Source: Octopus sinensis
Taxonomy: Eukaryota
Direction of reading: 5' to 3'
Assembly (NCBI RefSeq): GCF_006345805.1
Contig: NC_043004.1
Location: 67,890,001 to 67,954,000, forward strand
Length of the DNA: 64,000 nt
In this document: piece after piece, positions 14,013 to 25,580 of the stretch
Layout: each line of letters starts with the position of its first letter
How positions within the stretch are numbered: the first letter of the stretch is position 1
Notes under the pieces: generated by a model
Databases searched by the model: none
Seen by the model: the letters and a program-made list of their open reading frames with translations, nothing else
What the model was told of the DNA's origin: nothing
Program-made: the position numbers and the translations under genes

Positions 14013-14659
14013 TGTATGAATGTATGTATATATATATATATATATATATATGATTGTGTACATACATACATACGTATACGCAAGAACCTACACCTCTACA
14101 CTCCAAAGTGTATGTACGCATGTATGTCTGTATGGTCGAATGTGTTTACGTATCTACATGAATTATATTTGTTTGTGTGAGTATTTTGTGTCTGTATAAG
14201 TGTGTGTGTATGTGTGTCTGCCTGTCTATCTGTGTACCTGTGCGTTGCGTATATACATATACTCAGTATCAGGCGTTTAATGGTCAACAAAAAGAACAAA
14301 CACATTAACGAAATTCTGAATTTAATGAGAAACACATAGAAACGAATACTTAAAACAATCGCATACTCACACTCATTGATGAACATTATACGAAATGTAA
14401 TAAGTGTTTATAAGTTTGAAGAACAGACGGCAATAGAAGCGGGTGAAAAAGGGTGAAAAGTTAAAAGTCGTGTCGAAATGCACAACAAACATAAAACTTC
14501 TAAGCTTTGTAGAATGTAAAAGAAAATGAAAGTATTGATTCGAAAGTAAAATCACCATTTCCTCATTTAAGGAAGTCTCAGTAAACAACAGTCACCTCCC
14601 TTTACTTGCTTCTTTGTTTGTTTTCTTGCTTTTGTGTTTGTTATTCAGTGAATTTCTAC

Positions 14660-15330
14660 TCTCTCTTATTGTGTTCTTCCTCTCCTCCTCCTCCTCCTCC
14701 TCCTCCACCTTCATCTTTTTCTTATTCTCCCCTTTCTTCTTCCTCTTCTTCTCCTCCTCCTCCTCTTCCCTCTTCATCTTCTTCTTCTGCCTCTTTCCCC
14801 GTCTTCAGTAGTTTTCTTATATTCTTCTTCTTCCCCTTCATCCTCTTTATTTCTCTTCTTCTTCTACTTCCTTTTCTTCTTCTTCTTCTTCTTCTTCTTC
14901 TTCTTCTTCTTTTCTTCTTCTCCTTCTTCTTCTACATCCTCTCTTCTTCTTCTTCTTCTTCTTCTTCTTCTTCTTCTTCTTCTTTTTCTTCTTCTCCTTC
15001 TTCCTCTTTCTTTCTCTTCTTCTTCCTCTACTTCCTTTTCTTCTTCCTCTTCTTCCTCTTTCTCTTCTTCTTATTCTTCTGCATATTTTCTTCTTCACTA
15101 TTTCTCTTCTATTCTTCGTATCACCATCAGCATCATTGTCGTCGTCAACGTCGCCTTCCCCGTCGTATTTAGCATCATCATCATCATCATCTCTGTCAGT
15201 ATCATCAACGTCTTCATCATTATCATCATCGTCATCATCGTCCATGTCGTTGTCCTCGTCATCATCATCGTCATCGTCACCAATATTATCATCGCTGTCG
15301 GCATTGTCGTCGTCGCCCACACCGTCCCCT
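14660..15330. repeat. (TCC)n/(TTC)n/(TCA,TCG)n low-complexity block
   Basis: Directly visible; explains the poly-S/L/D/K/E ORFs at 14.6-15.5 kb. Confidence 0.95.
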
Positions 15331-15774
15331 TACCACCACCAAATTCTTCTAGATTCTTCATTTTCCTCTCTGTTTCCAATTCTTTCAGCATCTCTATGAT
15401 GGCGACAATGAGGAAGAGGAGTAGAAGAAAGAGGAAAAGAATAATGAAGAGAATCATAAGCATTAGAATTATAGCTGTCCTACCCCCTCCAAATCATCTT
15501 CATTATCTCCTTCTTCGACTAATTCCTCCTTTTTTGCTTCCTCTGCTATTTCTCTCTCACCAGCATCAGTATCAGCATCACTGGCGCCACTGGCTTCATC
15601 ACCATTTCGTGTTTTTTTTTCTCGTTATTATAAAATGTTCACCAAAGTTATTTTTCATCATCAAAATGAACACCGTCGTAATCATCATCATCGTCATTAC
15701 CATCATCATTAGCATTGGCTTCATTTTACTCCTCGTGTTTCACTCTACATCAATTTGATTCCATCAGCACAATC

Positions 15775-15925
15775 ACCATCATTATCATCATCATCATCAT
15801 CATTATTATTATTATTATTATTGTGAGGGAACTAGTCAATTTCATCGATAATAATCCTCAACTCATCATCATCATCATCATCATCATCGTCATCATCGTC
15901 ATCGTTATCGTTACCATTATCGTTA

Positions 15926-15971
<46 letters not shown>

Positions 15972-15988
15972 CATTATTATTATTATTA

Positions 15989-16052
<64 letters not shown>
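15775..16052. repeat. (ATC)n/(ATT)n/(AGT)n microsatellite
   Basis: Directly visible. Confidence 0.95.
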
Positions 16053-16053
<1 letters not shown>

Positions 16054-16060
16054 TTTTTAA

Positions 16061-16485
16061 GTCGCCAAGCTTGCAGAATTGTTAGCACGCCGGGCGAGAT
16101 GCTTAGCGGTATTTCGTCTGTCTTTATGTTCTGAGTTCAAATCCCGCTATGGGTCAATTTTGCCTTTCATCCTTTCGGGATCGATTAAATAAGAACCAGT
16201 CACGCAAGATGCTCGATGTACTAGAATATTCTCCTTCTCCTAAAATTTTTGGGCCTTTAGCAGAAAAGGATTATTATTAATGTACGTAAGCTATCAATCT
16301 ACAGAACTGATAGCCTGTCCGAAAAAATGCTTAGCGACGTCTTGCCTTTCAATTCTGAGCACAAATGCCTCCATGATTTGTCTTTGGCTTTCATCGTTTC
16401 AGGGTCGATCAAACAAATACCAGTCGACTATTATGGTCGATGAAATCGACTAGTTCCCTCCTCCTGAATTTTAAGGCTTTTGCCT
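16061..16485 (+). mobile_element. Two tandem SINE family B copies (second degenerate)
   Basis: gttagcacgccgggcgagatgcttagcggtatttcgtctg...gttctgagttcaaatcc at 16081-16145; a second diverged body at 16290-16485. Confidence 0.8.
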
Positions 16486-16527
16486 ATACTATACATGATT
16501 ATCTTTTTAGTAGTAGTAGAAGTAGTA

Positions 16528-16590
<63 letters not shown>

Positions 16591-17299
16591 CGCAACTGGT
16601 GCTTATCTTCTCAGCATCGGCATGATGAAATCATACTGGAAATCATCATTGAAATACATCCAAGTGTATGCACACTGTAGATTGATGTCTACAGTGACAT
16701 TTACGTTGGTTGTTTTGTTTGACCATACGTCACTCCATATTTTTAACCCCTGAGCTCCAACACGGCCGCAGTCAACTCCCTGAAACAAGTAACTTTCAGA
16801 AAATGATTCCCACATCTTTGATGTTATCATGCATTAAAATATTTAGCGTTTCCGACAATTGTGAATGTTTTAAGCGAGAGTTGGTTCCTATTTCTTTCTG
16901 ATTGACTGATAACGTATATGCTATCTGATCAGCCGTATGCACTTTTCTTAGTTAATCTGCATTAGTTCTTCATACACTTATGAAAATCATGAACCTCATT
17001 TATTTCAGAAAGCATTCAAATTAACCCCGAAATTGTGTGTATTTCTTTTCTCAATATGCAGATTTCATTTTACTAAGGAAATTTCTGTTCCCAGTTTTGC
17101 CTCATGTTTGTTTGTGTGAGTGTGTGTGTGTGTATGTGAAAGTTGTGTATGTGTGTCTGCCTGTCTATCTGTCTACCTGTGGATTGCGTATATACATATA
17201 GTCAGTATCAGGCATTTAATAGTCAACTTATCACAGAGCCACGTCTGCGCCTATCTTTATCTAAAATATAATATATGTGTTTCATTAATAATTCTTTAT

Positions 17300-17525
17300 A
17301 TTTTATATTGTACTTATTCAGTTAATAGACTGGCCAAACTGGGGCATCGTCTCGTGGGTGGGGGTCGGTATTCAAGCAAATCGACTCCACTAATAATTTT
17401 TAGAATCTGTAACTTATTCTTCTGAATTTGTTTTGCTTAAACCGCTGGGAGATTTAAACGAACCAATACTGGTCGCTCGGTGGTGGCCGTGGTCGTGGTG
17501 GGTGCACAAACAGACAAAGATACAC
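17300..17525 (-). mobile_element. Degenerate 3' half of SINE family A
   Basis: caagcaaatcgactcc...aacttattc...aaaccgct...cacaaacagacaaagatacac matches the family A 3' half. Confidence 0.55.
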
Positions 17526-17627
17526 TCATATATATGACCGAAGACTATGCTCGTGCTTGAAACTCAGAGTACCAATGATTCTGAATCAAACATTTTCTTT
17601 CTATCTATCTATCTATCTATCTATCTG

Positions 17628-17660
<33 letters not shown>

Positions 17661-17661
17661 T

Positions 17662-17747
<86 letters not shown>

Positions 17748-17819
17748 ATGTATGTATGCGTGTGTATCTGTGTGTGTGGGTGTGGTGTTTGTATACCGAT
17801 GGACGGTGCTGAGTTGTCA

Positions 17820-18018
17820 AACCTTTAAAACAAACAACTTGTCCGACCTTCCCCTAAATTTGAGAAACCAGCAAAAGAAAGAAAATAGACTTTTTTCGAT
17901 TCCAAAGGAAATGATTCCCAGGCTTTATCGATCGCATTATCACGTGGAATCGATTTTTGTCAAAATGTTCAAGACTCATAGACGCCCTGATACCGTCGGT
18001 ATCTACATATGAAGTTTG
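17820..18018 (-). mobile_element. Fragment of an unclassified repeat (possibly Helentron/HINE-like), inverted relative to 18100-18237
   Basis: 17964-18018 is an almost perfect reverse complement of 18182-18236 and contains the internal hairpin gataccgacggtatc. Class is inferred from the tatataaaa..ctgactg..ccgattgcactcaaacttg layout. Confidence 0.5.
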
Positions 18019-18068
18019 TATAATAATTATATATATATATATATATATAATATATATATATATAATAT

Positions 18069-18099
<31 letters not shown>

Positions 18100-18111
<12 letters not shown>

Positions 18112-18237
18112 AAATCCGTTCTGACTGCCTTTGTATGTGTGTCGCTTCTCGGATCACGGGCACCCTCCGTCCGATTGCACTCAAACTTGATATGTAGATA
18201 CCGACGGTATCAGGGCGTCTATGAGTCTTGAACATTT
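18100..18237 (+). mobile_element. End fragment of the same repeat, truncated at the junction with the 556-bp unit
   Basis: Begins at the (TA)n tract; ends at acattt, which is shared with the next element. Confidence 0.5.
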
Positions 18238-18899
18238 CTTTCGTCAGCTCAGAACTCCTTGATTCGGATTTGGGAACACTGAAAGTGGGAGCATACCCTT
18301 TTGGCTTCTTATCACCTCTAGAATTCAGCTCGAACTAAAAGTGTTATCAAATTCAAAATATGCAAGCGAAGAATTTCTGCTCTCCCCTTTCCACCAGCGT
18401 GGGTTAAAATTGACAAACACTATATTTTATCGGTGAAAACCGAAGCATTAAACAGAGAGAAATGAATTATAATTTCAACAATTGAGGGTAAAATTAATGA
18501 ATTATTAATCAATTTCACCAAGTATTCAGTATGTAAAGGGACCATTTTAGGCGAATTCAAAATATTACATTATATATAAGGGCTTAGTAAAATAAATTAC
18601 TTTGCCACATACTGAACTCATTAGAAATAGCAGCTAAAGAAATTTCTTTAGCTATTTCTAATACTTAAAGAAGATCTCTCTCAGATAGTGTTTGCTCAAA
18701 CCAACTCACAAAGGTATGGGGGAAAAACATTAAAAAATCAAGTGCAAAGGTTATTTGAGAACGTACGTTTCTAGATTAGTCAAATCGACATTTCTTTCGT
18801 CAGCTCAGAACTCCTTGATTCGGATTTGGGAACACTGAAAGTGGGAGCATACCCTTTTGGCTTCTTATCACCTCTAGAATTCAGCTCGAACTAAAAGTG
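18232..18899 (-). mobile_element. Hammerhead-bearing non-coding retroelement (retrozyme/Penelope pLTR-like), arm 1: 556-bp unit plus 112-bp terminal redundancy
   Basis: acatttctttcgtcagctcag...ctaaaagtg occurs at 18232 and again at 18788 (period 556). No ORF. Hammerhead core on the minus strand. Confidence 0.8.
18756..18807 (-). ncRNA. Type I hammerhead ribozyme candidate
   Basis: Minus strand reads tgag-CTGACGA-aagaaatgtcgatttgactaatcta-GAAA-cgtacg-TT-ctca. Stem I tgag/ctca; palindromic stem III; stem II weak (aga/tct plus gtc/gac). Confidence 0.6.
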
Positions 18900-19559
18900 A
18901 GAGAGATCTTCTATAAGTATTAGAAATAGCTAAAGAAATTTCTTTAGCTGCTATTTATAATGAGTTCAGTATGTGGCAAAGTAATTTATTTTACTAAGCC
19001 CTTATATATAATGTAAATTTTGAATTCGCCTAAAATGGTCCCTTTACATACTGAATACTTGGTGAAATTGATTAATAATTAATTAATTTTACCCTCAATT
19101 GTTGAAATTATAATTCATTTCTCTCTGTTTAATGCTTCGGTTTTCACCGATATAGTGTTTGTCAATTTTAACCCACGCTGGGGAAAGGGGAGAGCAGAAT
19201 TCCTCGCTTGCATATTTTGAATTTGATAACACTTTTAGTTCGAGCTGAATTCTAGAGGTGATAAGAAGCCAAAAGGTATGCTCCCACTTTCAGTGTTCCC
19301 AAATCCGAATCAAGGAGTTCTGAGCTGACGAAAGAAATGTCGATTTGACTAATCTAGAAACGTACGTTCTCAAATAACCTTTGCACTTGATTTTTTAATG
19401 TTTTTCCCCCATACCTTTGTGAGTTGGTTTGAGCAAACACTATCTGAGAGAGATCTTCTTTAAGTATTAGAAATAGCTAAAGAAATTTCTTTAGCTGCTA
19501 TTTCTAATGAGTTCAGTATGTGGCAAAGTAATTTATTTTACTAAGCCCTTATATATAAT
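18898..19559 (+). mobile_element. Same retroelement, arm 2 (inverted): 547-bp unit plus ~115-bp terminal redundancy, different permutation
   Basis: tgagagagatcttc occurs at 18898 and 19445 (period 547). The whole arm is the reverse complement of the arm 1 unit with a few substitutions and 9 nt of net indels. Ends in (TA)n. Confidence 0.8.
19321..19372 (+). ncRNA. Type I hammerhead ribozyme candidate (mirror of 18756-18807)
   Basis: tgag CTGACGA ... GAAA cgtacg TT ctca; predicted cleavage after GTT at 19368. Confidence 0.6.
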
Positions 19560-19814
19560 ATATATATATATATATATACGTATACATGTTTTTGTGTGTG
19601 TACATGTAAATATTTGTGTGTATGTGTACCTGTGTGGGCATGCATACAACGTGCTTCTATACAGTTTCAGCGACAAAATTCACTCACAATGCATCCCTCG
19701 GGCTGGGTGTGCAGTAAACTTCATTTACACAAGCTGCCTCCTAGTGGTACTACGCCCAAAAGCACATTGTTGCAAATCTGGCTTTTTAACCACATATCAA
19801 TTTCAGTATCTATA

Positions 19815-20195
19815 TTCTTTTATTCTTTTACTTGTTTCAGGGAGTTGACTGCGGCCGTGTTGGAGCTCCGCCTTGAAGGGTTTTAGCCGAACAAATCGAC
19901 CACAGGACTTACTTTTTAAGCTTAGTAACTATTCTATTGGTCTCTTTTGAGAAATGCTAAGTTACAGGGATTTAAACGATTGGTGATGGTGTGACATACA
20001 CAGATACAAAGACACATCCACAGATACATTCACACATATACACATACATATATGTGTGTATATATATATATATATATTACGCGACGGGCTTCTTGCAACT
20101 TCCGTATACAAAATCCACTCAATCCACTCACAGGGCTTTGGGCGGCCGTCACCTATGCTTGAATAAGCTCCCCTAAAGTGCCACGCACTGGAGCT
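19815..20195 (-). mobile_element. SINE family A, head-truncated
   Basis: ttacttgtttcag...ctgcggcc..ttggagctccgcc...cgacgggcttct...aatccactcaca...gtgccacgcactgg. Confidence 0.85.
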
Positions 20196-20668
20196 ATTTC
20201 TCTGTAGCCTTTTCAAAGTTTTGACTTAACTAAGAAGTCTGCTGCATTAATGATTGTAACGATGGAGGGACCCCAGAGTTGATGTTAGACCCGACTATCT
20301 TTATAGGCATAGTTTCTTCTAGATGTCCACAGATAAGATGATGCAAATTCGATTAGTCTCCTAGAGTAAAACATAGCGTTCATCGATAGTTTTGTGCATT
20401 CATCCCTGTAAATTATTTGTGTCTATGTTTATTGATAATGCAGCTATTTTCGTGCATATGTACTTTATATGTTAATTGAGATTGAAATTGATATTTTCTC
20501 ATAATGTTGCTATGGTATTGTTCTGAGCTATGTTAGAAATATCAAAATGTTTACAAGATTTTCAAGCACTATTGTCAAGGACTGCGTGAGCTGGGGCATA
20601 GCGTAGCAACAATCCGGGCGAGCTTCATACAGTGATTGGTGACCATTTATTGGGAACATTTTTCTATA

Positions 20669-21130
20669 GGCGCAGGCGTAGCACTGTGGTAAGAAGCTTG
20701 CTTCTCAATTACATGGTTCAAGGTTCAGTCCCACTGGGTGTAACCTTGGGCAAGTGTCTTCTGCTGTATCCTCGGGCCGATTAAAGCTTTGTGAGTGAAT
20801 TCAGTAGGCAGAAACTGCAAGAAGCCCGCCGTATATATATGTATATATATATATGTGTGTGTGTGTGTGTATGTGTGTGTGTGCGTGTGTGTGTGTGTGT
20901 TTGTATTTATGTGTGTGTCTTTGTGTCTGTGTTTGTCTCCCCATCATCGCTTGACAACCGATGTTGTTGTGTTCTCGTCCTTGCCACGTAGTGCTTCGTG
21001 TAAAGAGACTGATAGAATAAGTACTAGGCTTACGAAGAATAAGTTCTGGGGTCGATTTCTTCGACTAAAAACACCGGTGCTCCGGCATGGCTGCAGTGAA
21101 TGACTGAAACAATTAAAATTATAAAAGAAT
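20669..21130 (+). mobile_element. SINE family A, full length with internal (TA)/(TG) tract
   Basis: Head ggcgcaggcgtagcactgtggtaagaagc, ggttcagtccc, then ccttgggcaagtgtctt and 3' tail gcagtgaatgactgaaacaa. Confidence 0.9.
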
Positions 21131-21822
21131 AGAAAATATATGTTTTCTGAGGATATAATATGCGTTTAGACTTTGGAGATACAATTGGTTCGCTGCTTCG
21201 TAATTTCTTTATAATATATTATAGTTTGCAATCGAAAGCTAGAGGTCCAGATTTCTTTCATCGAACGAAATAAATTTAACATTAACGTGAAGTTGCTTAC
21301 CGAGAGACTGCAACATTCAGAGGAAGAGTTAATCTGCAAGCGTGTAATTTCAACTACGCATGTCACTTGTTAAAGAATGTAATTTTGTAAAATGTTTCGT
21401 TTAACTATCGTAAGATTACAAATATTTACACTAAGATATCATAATAACAATAATTCATTAGCACGGTTAATGAATAGTCAGTACTACATTTATACCGCTA
21501 ACTGAATAATAATTACCTTCAAATAAGTGAACCAATGCATAACCTAGTTATTGTTAGGAATCAAAATAAATTTGCAAAAATAATTTCAATCACTTCTAAA
21601 ACTGAACTACATAAGCCGTTCTTAATATTATCAAATTAAAATAATCATTTTTCCTCTCAAAATAATTCGATTGAATGCCACTAAATAGGTTTTATTAATT
21701 TAAGTTTTTTTTAATTTCTTTCGACATCTATCTCTTTCACAATGTGAGAAGCGACAATTGATTGGAGACCTAATTTCTTTGAAATGCTACAGACAATATA
21801 TATATTTCCATACCATCGCCAA

Positions 21823-21862
<40 letters not shown>

Positions 21863-21894
21863 TGCATATAGCTAGGTAGACAAATGAGTTGAAG

Positions 21895-21961
<67 letters not shown>

Positions 21962-21964
21962 GCG

Positions 21965-22145
21965 ATGGCGTAGCAGTGTGGGGAGGAGCTTGCTTCTCAA
22001 CCACGAGATTCTTGGTACAGTCATGCTGCGTGAGTATGCGTATGTGCAGGTCTTTGACTTTGTATCGGAATATGTGTCCCATACTCGCTTGACGACCGCT
22101 ATTGATGTATTCATATCCCCGTAACTGAGAGCTTCACAAAATACA

Positions 22146-22150
<5 letters not shown>
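21965..22150 (+). mobile_element. Degenerate, internally deleted SINE family A
   Basis: Head ggcgtagcagtgtgggaggagcttgcttctcaaccac followed by cgcttgacgaccgctattgatg...ccccgtaact. Confidence 0.65.
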
Positions 22151-22216
<66 letters not shown>

Positions 22217-22430
22217 ATAAGGGTGGAAATTTGAATATTAATTTAATATCAAATTTATCTGTATTTTGTATTTTTTTATTTGTCTTGCTCGCCTACGTTC
22301 TGGCGTTTGCTAAATTTTCTCGAGAAAATTCCTTCCTTAGTGGTAAGACCATAGCGGAACTTCTAGCATAATGGATGTCCACTTACATGTAATCCCCCTT
22401 ATATGTGTATATATGTATTATATATATGTA

Positions 22431-22971
<541 letters not shown>

Positions 22972-22984
22972 ATATATATTATAT

Positions 22985-23160
22985 ATGGAGAGTTTACGCA
23001 AAAAACAAAAGACGAAGACAGGTGTTGTACAAAGCTAACAGATGTATAAGTATAACGCTCAGGAATAGAAAAATTCTTTTACGTTTCGAGTCTACGCTCT
23101 TCTATAGAAAGGGACACAGAAACAACAAGGAGAGAAAAATATGTTTAGTGGCTAACGATC

Positions 23161-23162
<2 letters not shown>
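22985..23162 (-). mobile_element. Short repeat family C with a decayed minimal hammerhead, between (TA)n tracts
   Basis: Homologous (inverted) to 42608-42785. Minus strand reads cttt-CTATAGA-A-gagc-gtag-actc-GAAA-cg-TA-aaag. Confidence 0.7.
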
Positions 23163-23207
<45 letters not shown>

Positions 23208-24714
23208 TTGTGTGTATGTGTGTGTGTGTGTGTGTGACCATGCATTTTTATACATTTACTACAAGCACAGGTATTGCTAGAAATAAGAGTTAAACCACAA
23301 ATAGCTGCGCAAAAGTACATTTAATTATACTGTCAGTGTAGATAAAGGACCTACGCTAGAACACTAGGTGGCACTGTTTCATGTTTACTGTAATTGTCAA
23401 GAGTGTGCGTCCATTGCTCCTAAAAGATATCCTCTGTGTTTGATTTTCAACAAGTAGTATTGCTCTCAGACATCAAATGAGTAAAGATAATATTAACAAA
23501 ACAAAAAAAAAACACACACACAGAAAAAGTCCTGTGAAACACAGCTACCCAGGGTTTCCTTGCCGAAGTATTAATTTATTTGGCAATTTATCAGCTGGTA
23601 GAAACAGCGAGAAGGTTTTGTAAATGCGCATGCTCATTGGAACGTTGATGGCATCAAAGCTTGCGTCATGCTGTTACCATGTCGGCAATTATTGTTTTAT
23701 TCCCATGCACTGTGCAAGTTTCCATTCAAAGAATATGGCGGAATTAACCCATTATAACTCCGCAAAAAGCAATATTGATTGAAAAGGATTCAAGCTATAA
23801 TCATTTTGTATTGTTCGTACGCACGACCAACATCATATTATTAAATATCTCGTTTCTTCTTTAGCCTGTATGCTTTCAGTTGAGTAGAATTTTGCATACA
23901 TTTCTTATTCATCCATTAGGCGTGGGAAGATTTTGTCATTAAATCTCTACCATATTCATCTGTGAGACAGATTCCTCATCAATGCACTCATTAAAATACT
24001 CGAGAAGCTTTCACTATATATGCTGGGAAAGGCGAGTAGTGAACTTATGGAAAAGTTCTTTTAATAACACGAAATACGACAGTATGTTCATATCATATGC
24101 TTAAAATTACGGATAAAAAAAATACAGATTGAATGAAATTTTGGTAAGCGTTACCTGCACAGGATAAAAAGTAATTATGAGTCACAATAGCAATCTTAAA
24201 TCTATGATTATCATAAGCGAATCTAAAACTAGGTTATATACCTACGTTTTGAGAACAATGGAATGGCTTCGAATTTATTAAAATAAATGTCCATGAAGTG
24301 AAGTATGTTATGCTGAGTACATACCCCTCAAGCAAACCTCTTTGTAATGCTTGTGACTGCGTTACACATTCAAAAGCCTGTGCCATCATCCATGAAATGT
24401 AAATCGTCACGAAATCAACACGGAAAGTTTATATACACATAGCATCTCCTCACAGCGCCTGCTGAGTAATGTTATCCTTTACGTCCAAATATGTGCTCAT
24501 CGATGGACCCGCAAGAAGATACATTTTAGACTCGTACAAAAATAACATATGTAGAATAAAAAAATGAATGAGTATTTGCGTTGCATAAATAATATTTTCA
24601 GGATTAAATGAAAAAGCAACAAACGGAAAATATGACATACCTGTGTGGGTATGTATATATATATATATATATATACATTTATATATATATCACGTGACAG
24701 GTCAGGGTATGAGA

Positions 24715-24992
24715 TGTCACTACACATCGCTGGTCACAATATGCTTCGCGTTGTTTTAGCCTTGAAATGACGGCACCCCACTGGCTAAGCGAGCAGGCCT
24801 ACAGAAGAAAGACCGAGAGAAAGTTGCGGCACAAACGTATAGCAGGGTTGGCCACCACCCCCTGCCGGAGCCTCCTGGAGCTTTTAGGTGTTGTTGATCA
24901 ATAAACACTCACAACACCCGGTCTGGTAATCGAAAGCACGATCCTATAAACGCTAGCCCACTGCCCTAACCACTGCGCTATTGCACTTCCAC
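24715..24992 (-). mobile_element. tRNA-derived SINE family C
   Basis: Reverse-complement head gtggaagtgcaatagcgcagtggttagggcag...tttcgattacc; homologous to 54204-54320. Confidence 0.8.
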
Positions 24993-25306
24993 ACACACAC
25001 TCACATAAATATATATATATATATATATACATACATACATACATACATACATACATACATACATACATACATACATACATACATACATACATACATACAT
25101 ACATAAAGAATATGTACACGAACTGGTACGCTGTATAAGTGCTAGAATTGGTCATCCGCTAGTTTCCAAGTTCACAGCTGAGGCCGGAGCTAGGGATTCG
25201 TATTAGGCATCCTTGTTAGCAGAAATATATTAGTGGAAAAGGACAACATAAACCAAGGCAGGACGAGTATCTCACGTCATTTAATTAGAGTAAGGTGAAT
25301 TTGAAG

Positions 25307-25379
25307 TCTGATAGGTGTTTCTGGATATCTGAAGTGATAGGCTAGCATGTCTGTACACTGAGTATTCCGTCATCAGAGA
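25307..25379 (-). ncRNA. Hammerhead candidate, left arm (partly decayed)
   Basis: tct-CTGATGA-cggaat...atatcc-a-GAAA-caccta-TC-aga. Stem I has 3 bp; stem III is broken. Confidence 0.45.
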
Positions 25380-25513
25380 TAAGGTATGTACTAAGGTCCT
25401 GGACGGGGAAATTTACAGATTATAAGGAATAAAATAGAAGAATACAGATTTCTGTTTTATTCTTTATATTCTGTGAATCTCTCTGTCTAGAAATTTCATA
25501 CATACTCACCTTG

Positions 25514-25580
25514 TCTCTGATGAGGGAATACTCAGTGTACGGTCATGCTAACCTATAATTCCCAGAAACAGCTGTAAGTC
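25514..25580 (+). ncRNA. Hammerhead candidate, right arm
   Basis: tct-CTGATGA-GGGAAT...ATTCCC-a-GAAA-CAGCTG-TA-agtc. Perfect 6-bp stem II, palindromic stem III, GTA triplet; stem I weak in this copy. Confidence 0.65.

Noticed and set aside
14592-15463. Long acidic/basic ORFs (e.g. 14847-15320, poly-D then poly-K/R/E)
   Set aside because: They lie entirely within (TCA/TCG)n and (TTC/TCC)n microsatellites that are open in several frames; there is no non-repetitive coding sequence.
20234-20340. EVCCINDCND peptide resembling a Ly6/three-finger C-terminus
   Set aside because: There is an in-frame stop immediately upstream, the acceptor is weak, the spacing is one residue shorter than CCxxDxCN, and no upstream cysteine-rich exon was found.
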